Source of the DNA: the human T2T-CHM13v2.0 reference genome, Homo sapiens
Assembly (NCBI RefSeq): GCF_009914755.1
Contig: NC_060933.1
DNA length: 64,000 bases
Reading direction: 5' to 3' (one strand)
Positions 30,126 through 48,230 of the stretch are shown here, piece after piece. The translations under genes were made by a program, and so were the position numbers. How positions within the stretch are numbered: position 1 is the stretch's first letter; every line of letters begins with the position of its first letter. Below the pieces are notes generated by a model, which did not search any database, had not been told where the DNA came from, and saw nothing but the letters and a program-made list of their open reading frames with translations.

Positions 30126-30947
30126 TTATTGAGGCATAATTGACATATAAAAAGCAGTATATATTTAACATATACATCCTGATGAGTTTGGGTAAGTATA
30201 CATCCAGAAACCATCATCACCATCAAAGGCATAAACATATGCAAAAGGTAAAAGATATATAAAGGTATATCATGACCAAGGGGGATTTATCCCAGGAATG
30301 CAATGTTGCTTTAGTATTTAAAAATAAGTCCAAAGAATTAATCACATTTATAGAATAAAGGAGAAAAAGCATATGATCATCTGAACTGTTGTACAAAGAA
30401 ACATTTGATGAGATTCAATACCCACTAATGACAATAAAATTTCAAGCAAATAAATTTCCCCAATATGATTTTTAAAAGTCTGCAAAGAAACCCAGTGCAG
30501 CTAATATTATAATTAATAATGAATTATTGTATATGTCCTTCCTAAAATTGGGAACAGGAGGAGGATTTCTATTCCCAATACTTCTATTCCACATTGTATT
30601 GGAGCTCCTAGCCAGTGCAACGAGGAAAAAAGATGAAACAAAATACTAAGATAGTTTGGAAAGTAAGAAGACCATCTTCATTTGCAGATAGCTTGACTGT
30701 GTATATGAAAAACAAAGAAATCTACAAAAATCTACACGAACTAGTGAATGAATTAAACAAGTTTGGAGTATAAAAGTTCTGCATATAAAATCAATTGTGT
30801 TTTATTAAAGAGCAACACCCATTTGCAAAATGAAATAAATAGCATCGAAAGTATAAAACACTTTGGAATAAATTTAACAAATAACATGCAAAACACATAC
30901 ACTGAACTGAAAACTACAAAACATTTCTCAGATAAAGACAACAAAAT

Positions 30948-31222
30948 GGCTGGGTGCGGTGGCTCACGCCTGTAATCCCAGCAATTTGGGAGGCTGAGGC
31001 AGGTGGATCATGAGGTCAGGAGTTCGAGACCAGTCTGGCCAACATGGTGAAACCCCGTCTCTACTAAAAATACAAAAATGGGCGTGGTGGCGGGCGCCTG
31101 TAATCCCAGCTACTCTGGAGGCTGAGGCAGGAGAATCACGTGAACTGGGAGGCGAAGGTTGCAGTAAGCCAAGATCATGCCATTGCACCCTAGTCTGGGG
31201 GACAAGAGTGAAACTCAGTCTC

Positions 31223-31264
<42 letters not shown>

Positions 31265-31270
31265 CCACCA
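30948..31270 (+). mobile_element. AluS SINE with (CAA)n tail
   Basis: Alu body followed by about 14 CAA units. Confidence 0.95.
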
Positions 31271-31734
31271 ATCAATGGAAGGATACACTACTTACAAAGA
31301 TCAGGTACTGGATATCGTTAAAATTTCAATTTGCACAAGGTAGATCTATAGAGTCAATGTAATCTCTCATCAAAATCCCAACATGCATTTTTGTACAAAT
31401 TAAAACATTGGTCCTAACATTTATATAAAGATTCAAAAACTTAGGATAGCTTCAGTAATCCCAACAGTGTGATAGTTGTCTGCTCACGCAAAGCCGACAA
31501 AGGGAAAAATGAAACAGAAGAGAGAATCCACAGACTCACACATACGTAGTTGGCTGTTTTTTGTCAAAAGTAATAATGCAATTTAATGAGGGAAATAAGA
31601 TTCTTATCAATAATTTTTCTGGGGAAACTGAATAAACATACAGAAAGAAATGGACCTGAACTACTGCTTCATACCATACTTAAAATTAGAGATTGATTAG
31701 AGACCTAAGCATAAAACATATGTCTTTTAAGCTT

Positions 31735-32078
31735 TGTTAGAAGAAAAACTTCAGGCAAATTAATTTGAGCAGAGTTTAACTGTGCAAAGAACGATTTGCA
31801 AATCAGGCAGCCCCTGAACCGACTCCCTTGCTGCTGCACGGTGGGGGAGGATTTATGGACAGAATAAAGAAAGTGACCTACAGAAAGCAAAAGAGAGATA
31901 CAGAATTGGACTGGTTACAGTTTGGCATGTGCCTTATTTGAACATGGTTTGAACAGCTGGCAGCCTTTGGCACAAGAGTAGGTTACAATCTGTTCCAGTT
32001 CACTATGTATGGAGAGACCTTTTGATTCAAATTTAAAATACAAAAAGAGGTAGCTTTAGGCCCAACATAATTTAAGCA
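31735..32078 (-). mobile_element. MER4-group (MER57/MER51-like) solo LTR
   Basis: tgttagaagaaaaacttcaggcaaatt...gagtttaactgtgcaaagaacgatttgc...gactggttacag. Confidence 0.7.
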
Positions 32079-32216
32079 CTTCTAAAAGGTAGAAGGGAAA
32101 TAGCTTTATAACATTAAAAGAGCACTAACTCCTCAAAAATTATAAATAGGACTTTATGAAAATTTAAAAATCTTCTCTTCATCTAAAGGCAAAAGCACCA
32201 TGAAGAAAATAAAAAT

Positions 32217-32355
32217 GGGCCAGGTATGGTGGCTCACATCTGTAATCTCGGCACTTTGGGAGGCCAAAGTGGGAAGATTACTTGACCCCAGGAGTTCAAG
32301 ACCAGCTTGGCAACATAGAAAGACCTCATCTCTAAAAAAATAAAATAAAATAAAT
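32217..32355 (+). mobile_element. FLAM_C / Alu left monomer
   Basis: Single Alu arm with (TAAAA)n tail. Confidence 0.85.
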
Positions 32356-32394
32356 TTTAAAGGAAGAAAATAAAAATGCAAGTAACAGAGATAA

Positions 32395-32788
<394 letters not shown>

Positions 32789-33612
32789 TAAATAACTTGT
32801 ATCAAGAATCAAAAAATAAATTATCACTTAAAAAAGTCAGGTAACATTTGAGACTAATCATTCAGTGTTTAAAGAAAAAAAATGGAATATTTTAAATGTA
32901 TGTACTATGAGCTCTTCAAAAGTGAAAAATTGTTCCAGCTTTTCTAACTTGAAATGAAACTCACTGAAATCTCTTACAGGGTAAATTATCATAGTGCTTT
33001 GGCTGGAGAAGCCCACACAGAAGCAGAAACAGTAAAAAACTCTTTTTAAAATTTATTTTTCATAGCATCATTGAGTTACAATTGACACACAAGGAATTGC
33101 ACATATTTAACGTGGACAATTTCTCTTGAGTAGCTGACACTGCTGAATGCCCACTGGGTGAAACATCAGGAAAAATCAGGGCAGTGCCACTTCTGATGTT
33201 ACTCTGACTCATCAAGTTAAAGATTCAACTGCAAACATATGGTTTGAGCTGGTATCTTGTTTATAGAATTTGACTTTCACCGAACAAATGAGCAAATCTA
33301 CAGACCTGGCTGGACTTGTATCAGCACCCACTACTCTTCAAAGGATTTTTTTTAATGTGAATGCTCAGCAACAAATGTAAGTAGTGATAAATATTCAGAG
33401 TTAAATAACTTTATTGAATATCATGGTTGTTCTGGAACAACTTTGTTTATATTTGCACTCTGGGTGCAAAAGGCATGACAGAAAATGGCTGGCACCAGGG
33501 CACAGATCAAGGCAGGGGCACCAGCACCAAATTAGTAGTGGTAGCATTCTTCCCTGCCACACACTGGGGATTAAAAGAAAAAAAGGCAATTTCTCTTAAG
33601 AATGTCCTGGAC

Positions 33613-33900
33613 GGCCAGGCACGGTGGCTCACGCCTGTAATCTCAGCACTTTGGGAGGCTGAGGCGGGTGGATCACGAGGTCAGGAGTTCAAGACCAGCC
33701 TGGACAAGATGGTGAAATCCCATCTCTATTAAAAATACAAAAATTAGCCGGGCATGGTGGCAGACACCTGTAATCCCAGCTGCTGGGGAGGCTGAAGCAG
33801 AAAATTGCTTGAACCCAGGAGGCAGAGGTTGCAGTGAGCCAAGATCGCACCACTGCACTCCAGCCTGGGTGACACAGCGAGACTCCATCTCAAAAAAAAA
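33613..33900 (+). mobile_element. AluSg-like SINE, TSD aagaatgtcctg
   Basis: Full Alu with TSD. Confidence 0.95.
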
Positions 33901-34669
33901 GAATGTCCTGAAAACGAGGCACTAAAGATAGTTACTTTTATTAGTCTTCTTCATCCTGCCCCTATAAAAAATGCCTCTTTAGTATTCTGAGTGATGAAAT
34001 GCATGGAGTCCACAAAGCTTCGCTGCTGCGTATTGTAGCATGATGGTTGCCTCAAGGCACAGCGCTCGGGAGTCTGGGCAGGACCAGCTGCATGGAACAG
34101 CATTTGGTTTGAAAGAATGATGGGTGGACAAACTGATTTTTCAGATTAGAATAGTTAGCAGAAGCTGTCTTGAAAATGAAGGATGCAAGTCCATCACTGT
34201 TGCCACTAACAGAATTCATGTTTTCAAGCAAAAATTAGAACTTTGGAAAACTTTGGAATCATTAAGTATTCAGAAGGTGAGCTTCAGAAGTTCTGATGAC
34301 TTAACGTTTCTAAGGAGATCTGTGGTGAAATGAATGAATGTGATTTATGGATAGTGTATGAAATGTCAATATTTGAAAATTCTGCATAGTTCAGTCATAA
34401 AATATTTTCAAATATGTCAAGGAAAATAGAGCCAAAGTGCAAGATAATCAATGGATATTAATGTAAAAGTGTACAAAAAGTTCACTGACAAGATTTCAGA
34501 CTCCACATTGCAGCTAACTTTCAAAAACTATCACTTGTTGAGTTTGGTCTGACATCCAAGAGGAAAATCCTCAGGAAAGTCTATTAAACTCCATTTTCCC
34601 ACTAAAGGTCTACGTGAAGTGAGATTTTCTTCATATACTTCAATCAAAACCACATGTCAAAACATAATA

Positions 34670-35116
<447 letters not shown>

Positions 35117-35169
35117 TTATAAATGTGATTTATTGTCATTTTGACTGAATTAACAAATATTTTTAAATT

Positions 35170-37075
35170 TAGAAAAGACAGGCAAACCAAATAAGTGGGA
35201 AAATGGCTTGAACAGACCCTCACACAGGAATGCAAGTGTATGGAAAAGTGCCCAATGGTACCAATCATCAGAGAAACATATTAAACCACAGTGAGTGCCA
35301 TGGTCACCCCAAAAAAGCAGGAGGGACCTCCACTCAAAACTTGGCCCAGATGTTGAGACTGACGATGCCACACACACCAAGAGATACGAAAAGGTTCACT
35401 GCTGACATAATTGAATTCTCTGGGAAGCCCAGGGCAGGACTCTCGAGCAGATCCAAAATGACTTGAAAGAGCAAGAAAAAGAGACTGCTCTGGGATTTTA
35501 TTGTGGTTAGGGGTGGTCTGGGGTGAGAGGCCTCACATGAGGGCAAGGACTTGCGTGGGCTGAATCTCCTTTCCATGGGCACCAAAGGAAAGGAGTAGCA
35601 GCATTTCTTGTCTGCCCACATGTGGGGCATAGGGGGAAGAGGGAAGGGTGAGACTGTCAGGAGTCAAACAGCAAAAAATGCAGTCAAAGTCCGCAGTGCA
35701 ATGAGAAAGTACCACACACCCATGAGAAAGGCTGAGATGAAGGCCTGAGCACGCTGGAGATGACGTGGAACAACTGGAACTCTAAAGTCCTGCCTGGAGG
35801 AGGGTCACACGGCCACTTAGAAAACTTTTCACAGTTTCTTTAACACACACTTAATTCATAATAGAGCAATTCCACTTTAGGTAATTCCTCACAGCAAAAT
35901 GAAAAAATAATCGTAAAAATTCTTGTACTAGAATATTTATAGTTGCTCTTAGTAATAAGCAAAACTGGAAATAAACCATAAATTCATCAAGGGATAATGA
36001 ATAAAGTGACTGTGGCATATTCCTACAATGGAATCCTACTCACCAATAAAAGAATACATTTAGTTTACATGGAGGTGACCAAAAAAAAAAAAAAAACCAC
36101 ATTGTGATACATGCAATAGCATGACTGACTACCAGAAATACTATGCAGAATAAAATAAGCCAGACATACTCAAGTACATACTGTGTATGACTTCATTTAT
36201 ATATAAAGTTCAAGAACAGCCAAACAAATACATGGTCATAGAAATCGCAACAGCGGTATGATTTTTTGCATGGTGACTGACAGGGACACAAAGGAAATTT
36301 CTGTAGTAACGGAACTTTTCTATATTTTGAATGGATATAAACATTTATCAAAACACACTGGAGTGTACATTACAAACTTGCTTTTCACAGTATGCAGATT
36401 TTACTATAATTATCTTTTGTAAAAGGAATCCAGAAACTGAGAGAAGATATGTGTAATACATATATTCGATGATACTAATATCCAAAATATATAGAGAACT
36501 CCTAGAAATCAACTTAAAAAGACAGATACCCAAATAAAAATAGACAAAATACTTGAAAATCTATTTCACAAAAGAGGATATCTGCATGCATGCTAATCAT
36601 ATAAAAAAGTCCTCAACATCATTAGTCACCTGATAAATGTAAATGAAACAATAATGCCACTATACACCTACCATCATGTCTAAAATTTAAAAGGCCTAAA
36701 GTACTGAGTTTGGCAAGAATTTGGATCAACTGGAACTTCTTACCTTGTTGGTAAAAGGATAAATTGTTTGAGTGACTTATAAAATATTTTGGCAGTTCCT
36801 ACTAAAGATAAACACACACACAAATATACACACATACGTGTACATCTTATGACCTAGCAAATCACTCTTAGGCATACACTGGAAGGAAGTGGGTACTTAT
36901 GTCCAAGAGTCATGAACAATAATGTTCATAGTAGAGTTATTCACAATAGCCCAAACCCCAGAATTACCAAATGCCTATCAAATCTAGAACAGGTATATAC
37001 ATATTGGGATATTCATACAACAGAAAACTACACAGCAATAAAAATGAAGTACAGTGACATGCATCAAATGTCACC
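35170..37075 (+). mobile_element. L1ME-type 3' fragments (with a short LTR-like insert ~35385-35710)
   Basis: aaaatggcttgaacagac, agcaattccacttt, aataagccagacatactc, gaggatatctgc. Confidence 0.65.
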
Positions 37076-37159
37076 AAGGGCTTCCAATTTCAATTAGAAT
37101 ACAAGAGATTCCTTGACCACAACAAAGCCCGGTGGCACCACCCCTCTCCTTCCTCTGTT

Positions 37160-37850
<691 letters not shown>

Positions 37851-38639
37851 TCCAGGGTTCAAGGGCTTACTCGTTATATCAGTAGAATATTAGTTGTAAT
37901 AGAATATTATATATCCATCAAGAGTGATTTTTAAATATTTAGTTAATATGAATAAATTTTCTTCTGAGAAAAGAAAGTTAAAATGAAAATTTAAAATTGT
38001 ATACTTAGCATCAGAAAAACTGTGCTGAACAAGGTAATGTATACAGAGCAGTTACTGTAGTGCAGATATTGTACAAATTTCTTGAAATATGAGCATATTT
38101 GTCGAGCATTGTGTTAGGTCCTGAATAATTAGTTTAAAAAATCCCTATCTCTACGTAGTTAATATTTTATTAGGCGGGAGTGAAAAGATAGACTAGTAGC
38201 AAGTAAGGAAACATAGAATAAAGTTGGGATAAATATGAAAATATTATATGAAGCAATGGAAAGGACTAGAAGAATCAACTTTAGACAAGGGCCCAGGGAA
38301 AACCTCTCTGAGTGGGTAATATTTGAGCTGACTCCTGAAAACTGAGGACAATTCCACGATGTGTGTGTGAATTTCTGGGCAGAAATCTGAGCAGTCTGTG
38401 CCTGAAAGGGACCAGAAACAACACAGCAGAATGTGTGAGAATTTAGCACTGGTCTGAACTCACACAGGTGTGAGATGAGGCTCTGGGAAGCAGGCAAGCG
38501 GGGAAAGCCTGAGCATCACCGCAAAGCATTTAAAGATCAAGAGAGAGCTGAACCACAGCCCAAAAAGTGCACTGAGCTGTATTATGAACCTAAGCACTCT
38601 CTGTTGTTGTTGTCTGAGGACTCTCTGTCTAAGGACTCT

Positions 38640-39690
<1,051 letters not shown>

Positions 39691-40679
39691 ATAATAAGGT
39701 GTTTATTTAAAACTACTCAAATTCACTGGGATTATAACCAGGCTCTGTTACTTACCCACTGTGGACTTCAAGCAATATTCTGAATCAGAATTTTATTTTC
39801 TTTATCTTTAAGAGGGGGACTATAATTACAGCTACCGTAATAGATGTGTGAGAATTGATACAGTACTATACATAAAATGCCAAAGAGCGTGTCTGGCTAA
39901 GACAATGTTAGCTAATATACCATCAAGATCCTCAACAACCACAAAGTAACAGTAACCTAATACACCGTTATAACTTACTGGAACACGTCCCTGTTTTGTG
40001 CATTCCTCACGCACAGAGACTTGGAAAGGTGAGGCTCTTACCAAAGGGGACTCTGCTGTTCTGCAGCCGCCTCCCCACACACACGGAGCCTTTGAGAGCA
40101 GGGTCCTAGAGGGCAATGACAGAGAAGGTCCCCAGATATAGGGAAGGATCCTGGAAAAGACCTTCCCACGCCAGCTGTGATTATCATCGCAGCCGCAGTC
40201 TCAGTGACACTGTCTGCAAAGGGGTGTCTGACAAGGTCCCAACAATTAAGGCCCTGTCAATGAACTGAAGTTTTCCCACTGACCTGCCTGGAGTAACCCG
40301 AAAGGCACAGTATCAGCCTCTGCTCAGCAAAGGATCAGCCTCTGCTCAGCATGCCTCCTGGGACCAGGCCCTTCACCATTGGGCTCTGTGGGCTCTAAAT
40401 GGAACCTAAGAGATGATCTGTTCCCAGCATTAACATTTACAAATGAAAAAACTGAAATTTATGGATGATGAGGAAAGTTTCTGCAGCCGTTTGTGGCAAA
40501 CCTAGCAGTGAAGAGTCTTCCAGTTTCCACCCCTCATGTCTCTCTTGTTTTCATCACTCCCCACAGGGAAGAGAAACACACTAGGAGAAAGCCCCTCTGC
40601 TTCCCCATCATGCCCGCTTTAATCCCAAGCCTCTGTGTGTTTTCATTCTCCCCAATTCAGCGACCTTCACTGACATTTA

Positions 40680-41093
<414 letters not shown>

Positions 41094-41814
41094 CTAATGA
41101 TTAGGGAATATTCAGAGGAAGGATTCTACCCAAATAGCAATGCAACTATGATGTTTTAGAAACACAGAGAAGTACAAATAAACCGGATAAAAGAACCCAT
41201 GAACTTAGGAAATGACATAAAGAAAACTTTAAAATCCTAGAAAAATATATGAGGGTGATGGAAAAAAGATTAAGTATTGAAAAGCTGCCAAATGTTACAA
41301 ATTCAATTTATTGATAGAATTGTATTCAAGGAGCTAATATGTTATAAAAAAAAGATATTCTGAAATTAATTTGGAGTAATAAATAGGAAAGTATAATCAA
41401 TAAGTTACACTGGAAAAGTTCATCATGAAAAGAAAAGTTCATTCATGAACTTTTGTATATGCAATGCATTTCATGTAGTAATAAAAAAAGATAAATAATT
41501 AAGTTATGAGTATAGAAATAACCTGATAACTAAAAGAAATAGAACACAGAGAAAAGAAAATAATTATATTATAAATAAAAATAAAGTACCTGATAATTTG
41601 ATGCTATAAATTTGGTGGAAAATTTAGAATAATTTACTGAATGGTGTTGTGGAAACCAGGTAATTATTTGGAGGCTATAAAGTTGTTTGACAATTTTTAC
41701 ATACAAACAAAATAAGTTCTTAACAGCTGGACAATTAATTATGTTATAATAGAAATTTCATGTTTTTTGAGAGGTCTTAGGAATTCTTAAGCAAATCAAA
41801 AAAGAAAAGAAAGA

Positions 41815-42115
41815 GGCCAGGCGTAGTGGCTCACGCCTATAATCCCAGCACTTTGGGAGGCTGAGTCCGGCGGATCACTTGAGGCCAGGAGTTAGAGACC
41901 AGCCTGACCAACATGGTGAAACCTCGTCTCCACTAAATATACAAAAATTAACCAGGCGTGGTGGTGCACATCTGTAATCCCAGCTACTCTGGAGGTTGAG
42001 GCAGGAGAATCACTTGACTGGGAGGCAGAGTTTGCTGTGAGCTGAGATCGTGCCACTGAACTCCAGTCTGGGAAGCGGAATAAGACTCTCTCAAATTAAA
42101 AAAAAAAAAAGAAAA
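41815..42115 (+). mobile_element. AluSx-like SINE
   Basis: Full Alu. Confidence 0.95.
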
Positions 42116-42509
42116 ATTAAATGGATTAAATTAAAATAATTAGAAATTCTTCATGCATAGCACAGCATAATTAAAAAGAATAGACAAACTAGAAAAATAT
42201 TTAAAAATATATGAGAAATACAAGGTTAAATTATTACATGGACCATTCATAAATCAATGGCTAAAGACAGAATGCACAGAAGAAAAAATGAGGAATATAT
42301 GAAATTACTTGCAACTTCATGTTGAAATGAGAACATTTTGTAATACTTTATGCCATCAAATTGGTGAGGTAACATTTTAATTTACAAATCTGCTGTTGTA
42401 AAAATATAGCAATATAATTATACTTTTTTCTTTTACTATTGGTGATTCACTTGTGGAGTGCAACTTGGCTACAGGCTTCAGTATTCTTAAACTGTTTTAT
42501 ACCCACCGA

Positions 42510-42883
42510 TCCCCCAAATTCAAGTACTAAAATGTAATTGCCAATGTGATAGAATTAAGCAGTTGGGCCTTCAGGAGGTGATTAAGTCACGAGGGTGGAG
42601 CCCTCATGGATGGGTTTAGGGCCTTTATAAAAAGATTTGAAAGAGTGAGTTTGTCCCATTCCATCCCTTCCACCATGTGAGGACACAGTGTTATACTCCT
42701 CTGGAGGATGCAGCAACAAGGCACCATCTTGGAAGCAGAGAGCAGCCCTCACCAGACATCAATCCTGCTGGTACCTTGATCTTGGACGTCCCAGTCTTTA
42801 GAACCATGAGAAATCAATTTCTATTGTTTATAAATTGCCCGGTCTGTGGTATTTTGTTTTGGCAGTAGAAATGGACTAAGACA
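42510..42883 (+). mobile_element. MST-family (MaLR) LTR
   Basis: cccccaaattca...gagggtggagccctcatggatggg...gaaatggactaagaca. Confidence 0.85.
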
Positions 42884-43384
42884 ATCCCCCAAATTGTTTT
42901 TTAATATTCCAAGAAATAATCAGAAGCATAAATAATGACTTAAAATAACTTGATAATTCTATTTTGATGAAAATAATAGACAACACACAAAATAGGAACA
43001 TGGTGCAATGAGCTATAATAGTATACTATGTTGCTATTATTTTTTGTTATTGTTGATGACAATGATATATTAGTTTGCAAATTTTGTTCAGTGCTGGGAA
43101 TTGTTTTCAGCATTTTATACATAATAGGATATCAGTTCTCATACACCCAATGAAGTAGATATAATCCCCTTTAAGGGTGAAGGAAATGAAACTCAGGGTG
43201 CTTAAGACTATTCCTTAAAATCACATGGAATGTAAAATGATAGAGGCTGGATACAATCACAATCATTTTGACTATTTTTTAAAATACTTTTTGTATAAAA
43301 TTTTTCAAAAACCACAAATGCAGAAAAAATAAGAGGGTATGAACCTCCACTAAACACTAAGAGGACACACAACAAAAGAACTAT

Positions 43385-44435
43385 GTGCAAACAAAAAGCA
43401 CAAAACTATGTGCATCAAGGGACACACTCAACAGAGTGAAAAGGGAACTCACGGAATTGGAGAAAAGTCTTGCAAATCATAAATCTGATAAGGGATTAAT
43501 ATCCAGAATAGATCAAGAACTCCTGTAACTCATCAACAACCAAAAAACTCAATTAAAAAATGAGTAAAACTATTTCTTCAGAGAAGATAAACAAAAGGCC
43601 AATGAGCACATGCAAAGGTACTCAACATCCTCCATACTTAGGAAAATGCAATTCAAACCCACAATGAGATAGCACTTCACAACCATTAGGATGACTACTA
43701 TGAAAAAAACAGAAAATGGCAAGTGTCAATGAGGATGTGGAGAAATTAGAACCGTTGGGCATTGCTGCTGGGAGACACTAAAATGAGACAGCCATTGTGG
43801 AAAACAGTTTGGTGTTTCCTTAAAAAGTTAAACATAGACTTGTCATAGCTATCAAACATAGAATTATTCTATGATATTATAATATAGAATTATCAGCAAC
43901 TCCACTTCTAGGTATATATACGATGAACTGAAAGCAGGTACTAAAGCAGATACTTACATGCCAATGTTCATTGCAGCATTACTTACAATAGCTAAAAGAT
44001 GGAAACCACCCAAGTGTCCACAAGCAAATGAATGGATAAAGAAGATGTGGCATCACATAGGATGGAATATTATTCAACAATGAGACGGGAAAGAGTTCTG
44101 ACATTTGCCACAATATTGGTGAAACTGAAAGCATTATATGCTACATGAAATAAGCCCAACACAAAAAGACAAATACTGCATGATTCCATTCTGTGAAGGA
44201 GCTAGAATTAGTAAATTCATGAGTAAAAGGAGATAGAGGTTACTAGGGGCTGAGGAAGGAGGAACTGGCAGTTGTTTAATGGATACAGAATTTCAGTTTG
44301 GATCAGGACAGTGATGTTGGTAGCACAGCATTGTTACTGTAATTAATGTCACCGAATTGCACAATTAAAAATGGTAAAAATGACAAATTTTATGTTATGT
44401 ATATTTTAGCACAGTATAAAAAGGAAAAAAAAATA
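43385..44435 (+). mobile_element. L1MB-type 3' end
   Basis: tgcatcaagggacac, ccacaatgagatagcac, aaattttatgttatgtatatttt with A tail. Confidence 0.85.
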
Positions 44436-45169
44436 ATGAAAGTGTCCACCATGAAGGGCTGCTGTGAGGACTAAATGAGCTGTATACATAAAAGGCCTGG
44501 CCCAGAATGAGCACTCAGAGATGTTTTTTATGCGAATAAAATGTTAGACAGGTTCCCCAAGCTTCATCTGCGTAAAGTTTTAACATGATCTCTGGATGCT
44601 TGTCAGATAATTCTCTAGATTAATTACTTGAAAAGCATTACACACACACACAGTTTTGTGATCTGCTTTTTTCAACAAAACAAAATATTGGAACAAAATT
44701 TCATGTTACAGTTCTCCATCTAGATCATAATTGTAAATAGCTAATTGTGTGGTGATAATCAGAGTGATATTTAACCAATCCCCTATTCTGAAATATTGAG
44801 GTGGTTTTCCACTTGTCATTGTTTGAAAAAAACCACGCCAAATGTGTGTATTTACAATATTATTCCCTTGCCAGATTTTCTAGAATACATATCTAGAAAT
44901 GGAATTACTGACTCAAAGAATATACGTATTTTTAAGATTTTGATTTCTGTTACCACTGGAACTTTGCTAAAATAATTTTACTGAGAAAGTGAGGTGGTAC
45001 ATTTTTGTATGAGGGTCATGTTGTTTAGTTTTTAAAAATTGCAGTAAAATACACTAAAGAATGCAGTTCAGTGGTATTAGACATTTATATTGCTCTGTTA
45101 CCATTACCACTATCCATCCTCACAACTCTTTTCATCTTGCAAAGCTGAGACTTTGTATCTATTAAAAAT

Positions 45170-46250
45170 AACTCCCAAATGAGTTCAAAACTTATGTCCA
45201 CACAAAGACCTAAACACAAATTCTTATAGCAGCTTTATTCATTAAGTGCTAAAGCTCAGGAGCAACTTTGATGTCCTTCAGTAGATGAATGAATAAATAA
45301 ACTATGGCACATACAGACAATGGAATATTCAGCACTAAAAAGAAATGAGGCTGAGGCAGGAGGATAGCTTGAGGCCAGAAGTTAGAGACTAGTCTGGCAA
45401 CATAGCCAGACCTCGTCTCTACAAAAATGTAAATAATTAAAAAAAAAAAGAGTTGGGTGTAGTGGTGCATACCTATAGTCCCAGCTGCTTAGGCAGCTGA
45501 GGTGGGAGAATTGCTTGAGGCCAGGAGTTTGAGGTTACAGTGAGTTATGATGGTAGCACTGCACTCCAGTCTGGGTGACAGAGTGAGACCCTCTCTCCAT
45601 GAAGAGACATGGAGAAACTTTTTTTTTATTTTGGTATTTTTTGTAGAGACAGAGTTTTGCCATGTTGCCCAGACTGGCCTCAACCTCCTGGGCTCAAGCC
45701 ATATGCCCACCTCAGCCTCCCAAAGTACTGGGATGACAGCATTGAGTCACTGTGCCTGGCTGCAAAACAGGAAGTTGGGAAGCATATCACTAAGTGAAAA
45801 AAAACCAATCTGAAAAGGCGACATACTGCATGATTCCAATTACACATTATAGAAGAGGCAAAGCTATGTAAACAGTAAAAAGATCAGTGATTGCCAGGAG
45901 TTAGGGAGAGTGAGGGATGAACAGGTGGAGAACTAAGGGTTTTGGGGGTCAATAAACAATTCTGTATGATACTGTTAAGGTGGATACATGTCATTATTAT
46001 ATTTGTCCAGATTTACAGAATATGCAACATCAAGTGTGAACACTAATGTAAACTATGGACTCTGGGTCATAATGATGTGTCAGTGTAAGTGCATTGATGG
46101 GAACCAATGTAACACTTTAATATAGGATGTTGACAGTTGGTGAGGCTGCGCATGTGGGGAAGGGGTAGAGGATACATAGGACCTCTCAGTACTTTGGGCT
46201 CATTTTTGCTTTGAACATATAATTGCTTTAGGAAATAAAGTCTGTTAAAA
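45170..46250 (+). mobile_element. L1MB/MC 3' end containing AluJ (45348-45597,+) and FLAM (45620-45761,-)
   Basis: cttatgtccacacaaagacc, gtggatacatgtcattat, ctaatgtaaactatggactctgggt. Confidence 0.8.
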
Positions 46251-46356
46251 GGTGTTTTTTAAAAAGATAATGAATAGGTACAAACACTAAGATGACAAAG
46301 AAATTCAAGTGATTTGATAGATGTTTTAAAGCAGTCATGATAAAAATGCCTCCAAT

Positions 46357-46815
<459 letters not shown>

Positions 46816-47952
46816 TCAGTGAACTTCAAGATAGAACAATAGAAATTACCCCAATTGAAGAACAGAGAGAAAGTGGGATGGGAAAAAAAAAATGAACAGA
46901 GTGTCAGGAACCTGTAGGACTAACAAAGGATCTAACATTTAAGACATTGTTGTCCCAGAAGGAGAATAGAAGGAGGACAACGGCAAAATAAGTACTTGAA
47001 GAAATAATGACCAAAAATCTCCCAAATTTGATTTGGCAAGAGACATAAACCCACAAATTCAGTGAGCTAAGTGAATTCCAACAGGATAAATCCCCCAAAT
47101 CCATGTCAAGACACATCCATAATTCAACTTCTAGAAACTAAAAGCAAAGTCTGAAACTCAGTCAGAAAAAAACGACACTTTATCAACAAAGGGAAAACAA
47201 TTTGCACGGCAACATGATTTTCACCAGAAACTATGGAGGCCAAACGGGTGTGCAAAATACGTTTTAAGTCCTGAAAGAAAATACCCTATACACGGGAAAA
47301 ATATCCCAGGGTGAAGGAAAATTAGGAGAATTTGTCACCTGCCGAAATCACTTAATGAGATAGCTAAAGGAAATTCTCTAAACAAAAATAAAATGGTAAA
47401 AGCAGGAAGTTTGAACATCAAGAAGGAAGAAAGAACAAGGTAAGCAAAGTGTAGGTAATGACTGTAGGCTTTACTTCTCTTGAGTTTTCTAAATTATGTT
47501 GACAGTTTAAGCAAAAAGTAGAAAACTGGTAGATATGGTTCTAAAAGTAGAAAGAGAAAATATTTAAGACAATTATATCATCTTAAATGAGGGTGGGGCA
47601 AAGGAATATGGAGAGGGCAAAGAAACACAAGGGGACATAAGGCTTTTATACTTCACTTGAAGTGGTAAAATGTCAACCCTGGTAGATTGTGATGTTATGT
47701 TTATAACGTAATATCTAAAACAGCCACTAAACTAGATATTCAAACAGATATCCTAAAAAACACAACAGATAAATGAAAATGAAATTCTAAACAAAAGTTT
47801 GAGTAATCCATAGGAAGGAAGAAAATATAAAATAGAGAAACCAGAGAAAGAGCAAACAAAACCCAAAATAAAATGTCTGACATGAACCATAATACATCAA
47901 TTATTACACTAAATGTAAATAGTCTAAATGTATTGATCAAAAGATGGAGATT

Positions 47953-48230
47953 GGCCTGTAATCCAGCACTTTGGGAGGCTGAGACAAGCGGATCACTTAA
48001 GGTCAAAAGTTCAAGACTAGCCTGGCCAACATGGTGAAACCCTGTCTCTACCAAAAATATAAAAATTACCCAGGCATGGTGGCCTATGCCTGTAGTCCCA
48101 GCTACTCAGGAGGCTGAGGCACAAGAATTGCTTGAACCTGGAAGGCAGGGGTTGCAGTGATCTGAGATGGCATCACTGCACTCCAGCCTGTGCAACAGAG
48201 TGAGACCCTGTCTAAAGAAAAAAAAAAAAG
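47953..48230 (+). mobile_element. AluS/J SINE, TSD aaaagatggagattggc
   Basis: Alu with TSD. Confidence 0.9.

Noticed and set aside
30964-31362. Poly-Cys/poly-Gln/poly-Thr ORFs
   Set aside because: Derived from the (CAA)n tail of an Alu
40312-40351. Short direct duplication atcagcctctgctcagca and a nearby CArG-like ccagatatagg
   Set aside because: A small slippage duplication; the CArG consensus is not met
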